Positions 63,229 to 64,000 of a DNA stretch of 64,000 nucleotides are shown piece after piece. The first letter of the stretch is position 1; the number at the start of each line of letters is the position of its first letter. The notes beneath the pieces are model-generated. The model made no database searches and had not been told where the DNA came from. It was given only the letters and a program-made list of their open reading frames with translations. Made by a program: the position numbers and the translations under genes. The stretch is from Callorhinchus milii (taxonomy: Eukaryota), in the NCBI RefSeq assembly GCF_018977255.1, contig NW_024704748.1, forward strand, positions 17,856,001 to 17,920,000, given 5' to 3'.

Positions 63229-63301
63229 TCTGTGACAGAAAAGCATAAGATGAATGTTCCTGAAACTATGAATGAAGTTCTGGATGTATCTGATGATGAA
63301 G
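63229..63301 (+). CDS. ANK3: ANK3 exon 22 (linker): [24 protein letters not shown] + 1 nt
   Basis: atgcag|TCT...GAA G|gtaagg; 73 nt; phase-1 donor. Confidence 0.96.
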
Positions 63302-63475
63302 GTAAGGGATATTTCACTGAATTGTGCCAAATAAAACTAACCTACCTGACACGTTGTCTGTGTTTTTTATATATAAGTAAAGGAATTGTGGATTTTAAGC
63401 AAAGTTTTATAGCCTTGGGTTTGTCTTGCAAAACAAACTAATAATATATACAAGTTCAAGGGAAGATTTATCTTT

Positions 63476-63738
63476 CCATTCTGTATGTTTGTGTCCCATC
63501 TGCTCTTATTTCTTTATGAAGGTGTGTCCCACCATCTTCTCCTCCCTCTCTTTCAGTATGGATGTTCCCTTTCTCCCTCCTTTTCACTGAATTCCTTAAT
63601 CTTTACCTCCATTTCTCTGCAAGTCTCAGTCCCTCCTGCTCTGTTTCAGTATTCTTCCAGGCACATCACTTCTTTCTCTGCATTTCTTAGTTCCTTTATC
63701 TCTCTGTGGGTGCCCTCTTTTATGTATACATCTGCCTC
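63476..63738 (+). repeat. Pyrimidine-rich (CT-rich) low-complexity tract
   Basis: Strong C/T skew; explains the spurious 101-aa Ser/Leu/Phe-rich ORF. Confidence 0.6.
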
Positions 63739-64000
63739 AAAAATGTACAACTACAAACTTAAACTTCAACTTCAGGGCAGTACAATTTAACATGTTTCTT
63801 TACAAAGTTTAATCACTGGTAATGCCTATTCAAACACTGCCTCTCTCTTCTATTGAGCATTTAAAATTGAAAGAATGTTGACACATTACAGATTTTGATC
63901 TTCCCAAGCACACTCATTTTTTCTTCTGTTTTAGTAAAACATTGTAATGGTTTTGGTAATAAGTCATGATCTTTATTCAAATCATACAGTTCGTAGAGCC

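Larger units (their letters stand above)
27178..63301 (+). other. ANK3: Ankyrin-3 (ankyrin-G) gene, partial: exons 2-22 (mammalian-style numbering), encoding 24 ANK repeats plus the start of the linker; the gene extends beyond the window
   Basis: 21 exons with AG/GT ends join into one stop-free frame of 2440 nt. Motifs I recall as ANK3-type rather than ANK1/ANK2: [82 protein letters not shown]. Confidence 0.95.

Noticed and set aside
1-64000. Novel prokaryote-type system (CRISPR array, operon, defence island)
   Set aside because: The DNA is spliceosomal-intron-rich vertebrate sequence. Repeats are dispersed retroelement ends, not regularly spaced repeat-spacer arrays.

Overview
This is eukaryotic, AT-rich vertebrate genomic DNA, not prokaryotic. 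The repeat mix (young L2 LINE ends, CR1 ends, Deu-domain tRNA-SINEs) suggests a cartilaginous fish, which is an inference. The whole window lies inside an ankyrin-3 (ankyrin-G, ANK3) gene on the + strand. I read 21 GT-AG exons by hand (27178-63301, 2440 coding nt). They encode the 24-ANK-repeat membrane-binding domain and the start of the linker, and every junction is phase 0 except the last donor. A 24-nt microexon (MMVNRTTE, 42870-42893) is also present. Bases 1-27177 are first-intron/alternative-promoter territory and contain a strong candidate alternative first coding exon (MGVQEGADRLEQ, 18500-18535). Most ORF-track entries are noise or repeat-derived. I see no clearly new biological system. 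The best leads are the candidate first exon, the microexon with its splicing-motif cluster, near-identical inverted L2 copies that could circularise stop-free phase-0 exons, a possible recursive splice site at exon 19, a 32-bp target-site duplication and a duplicated CTCF-like motif. Exon coordinates were counted exactly; repeat boundaries are approximate. Comparisons with known sequences are from memory, not from searches.
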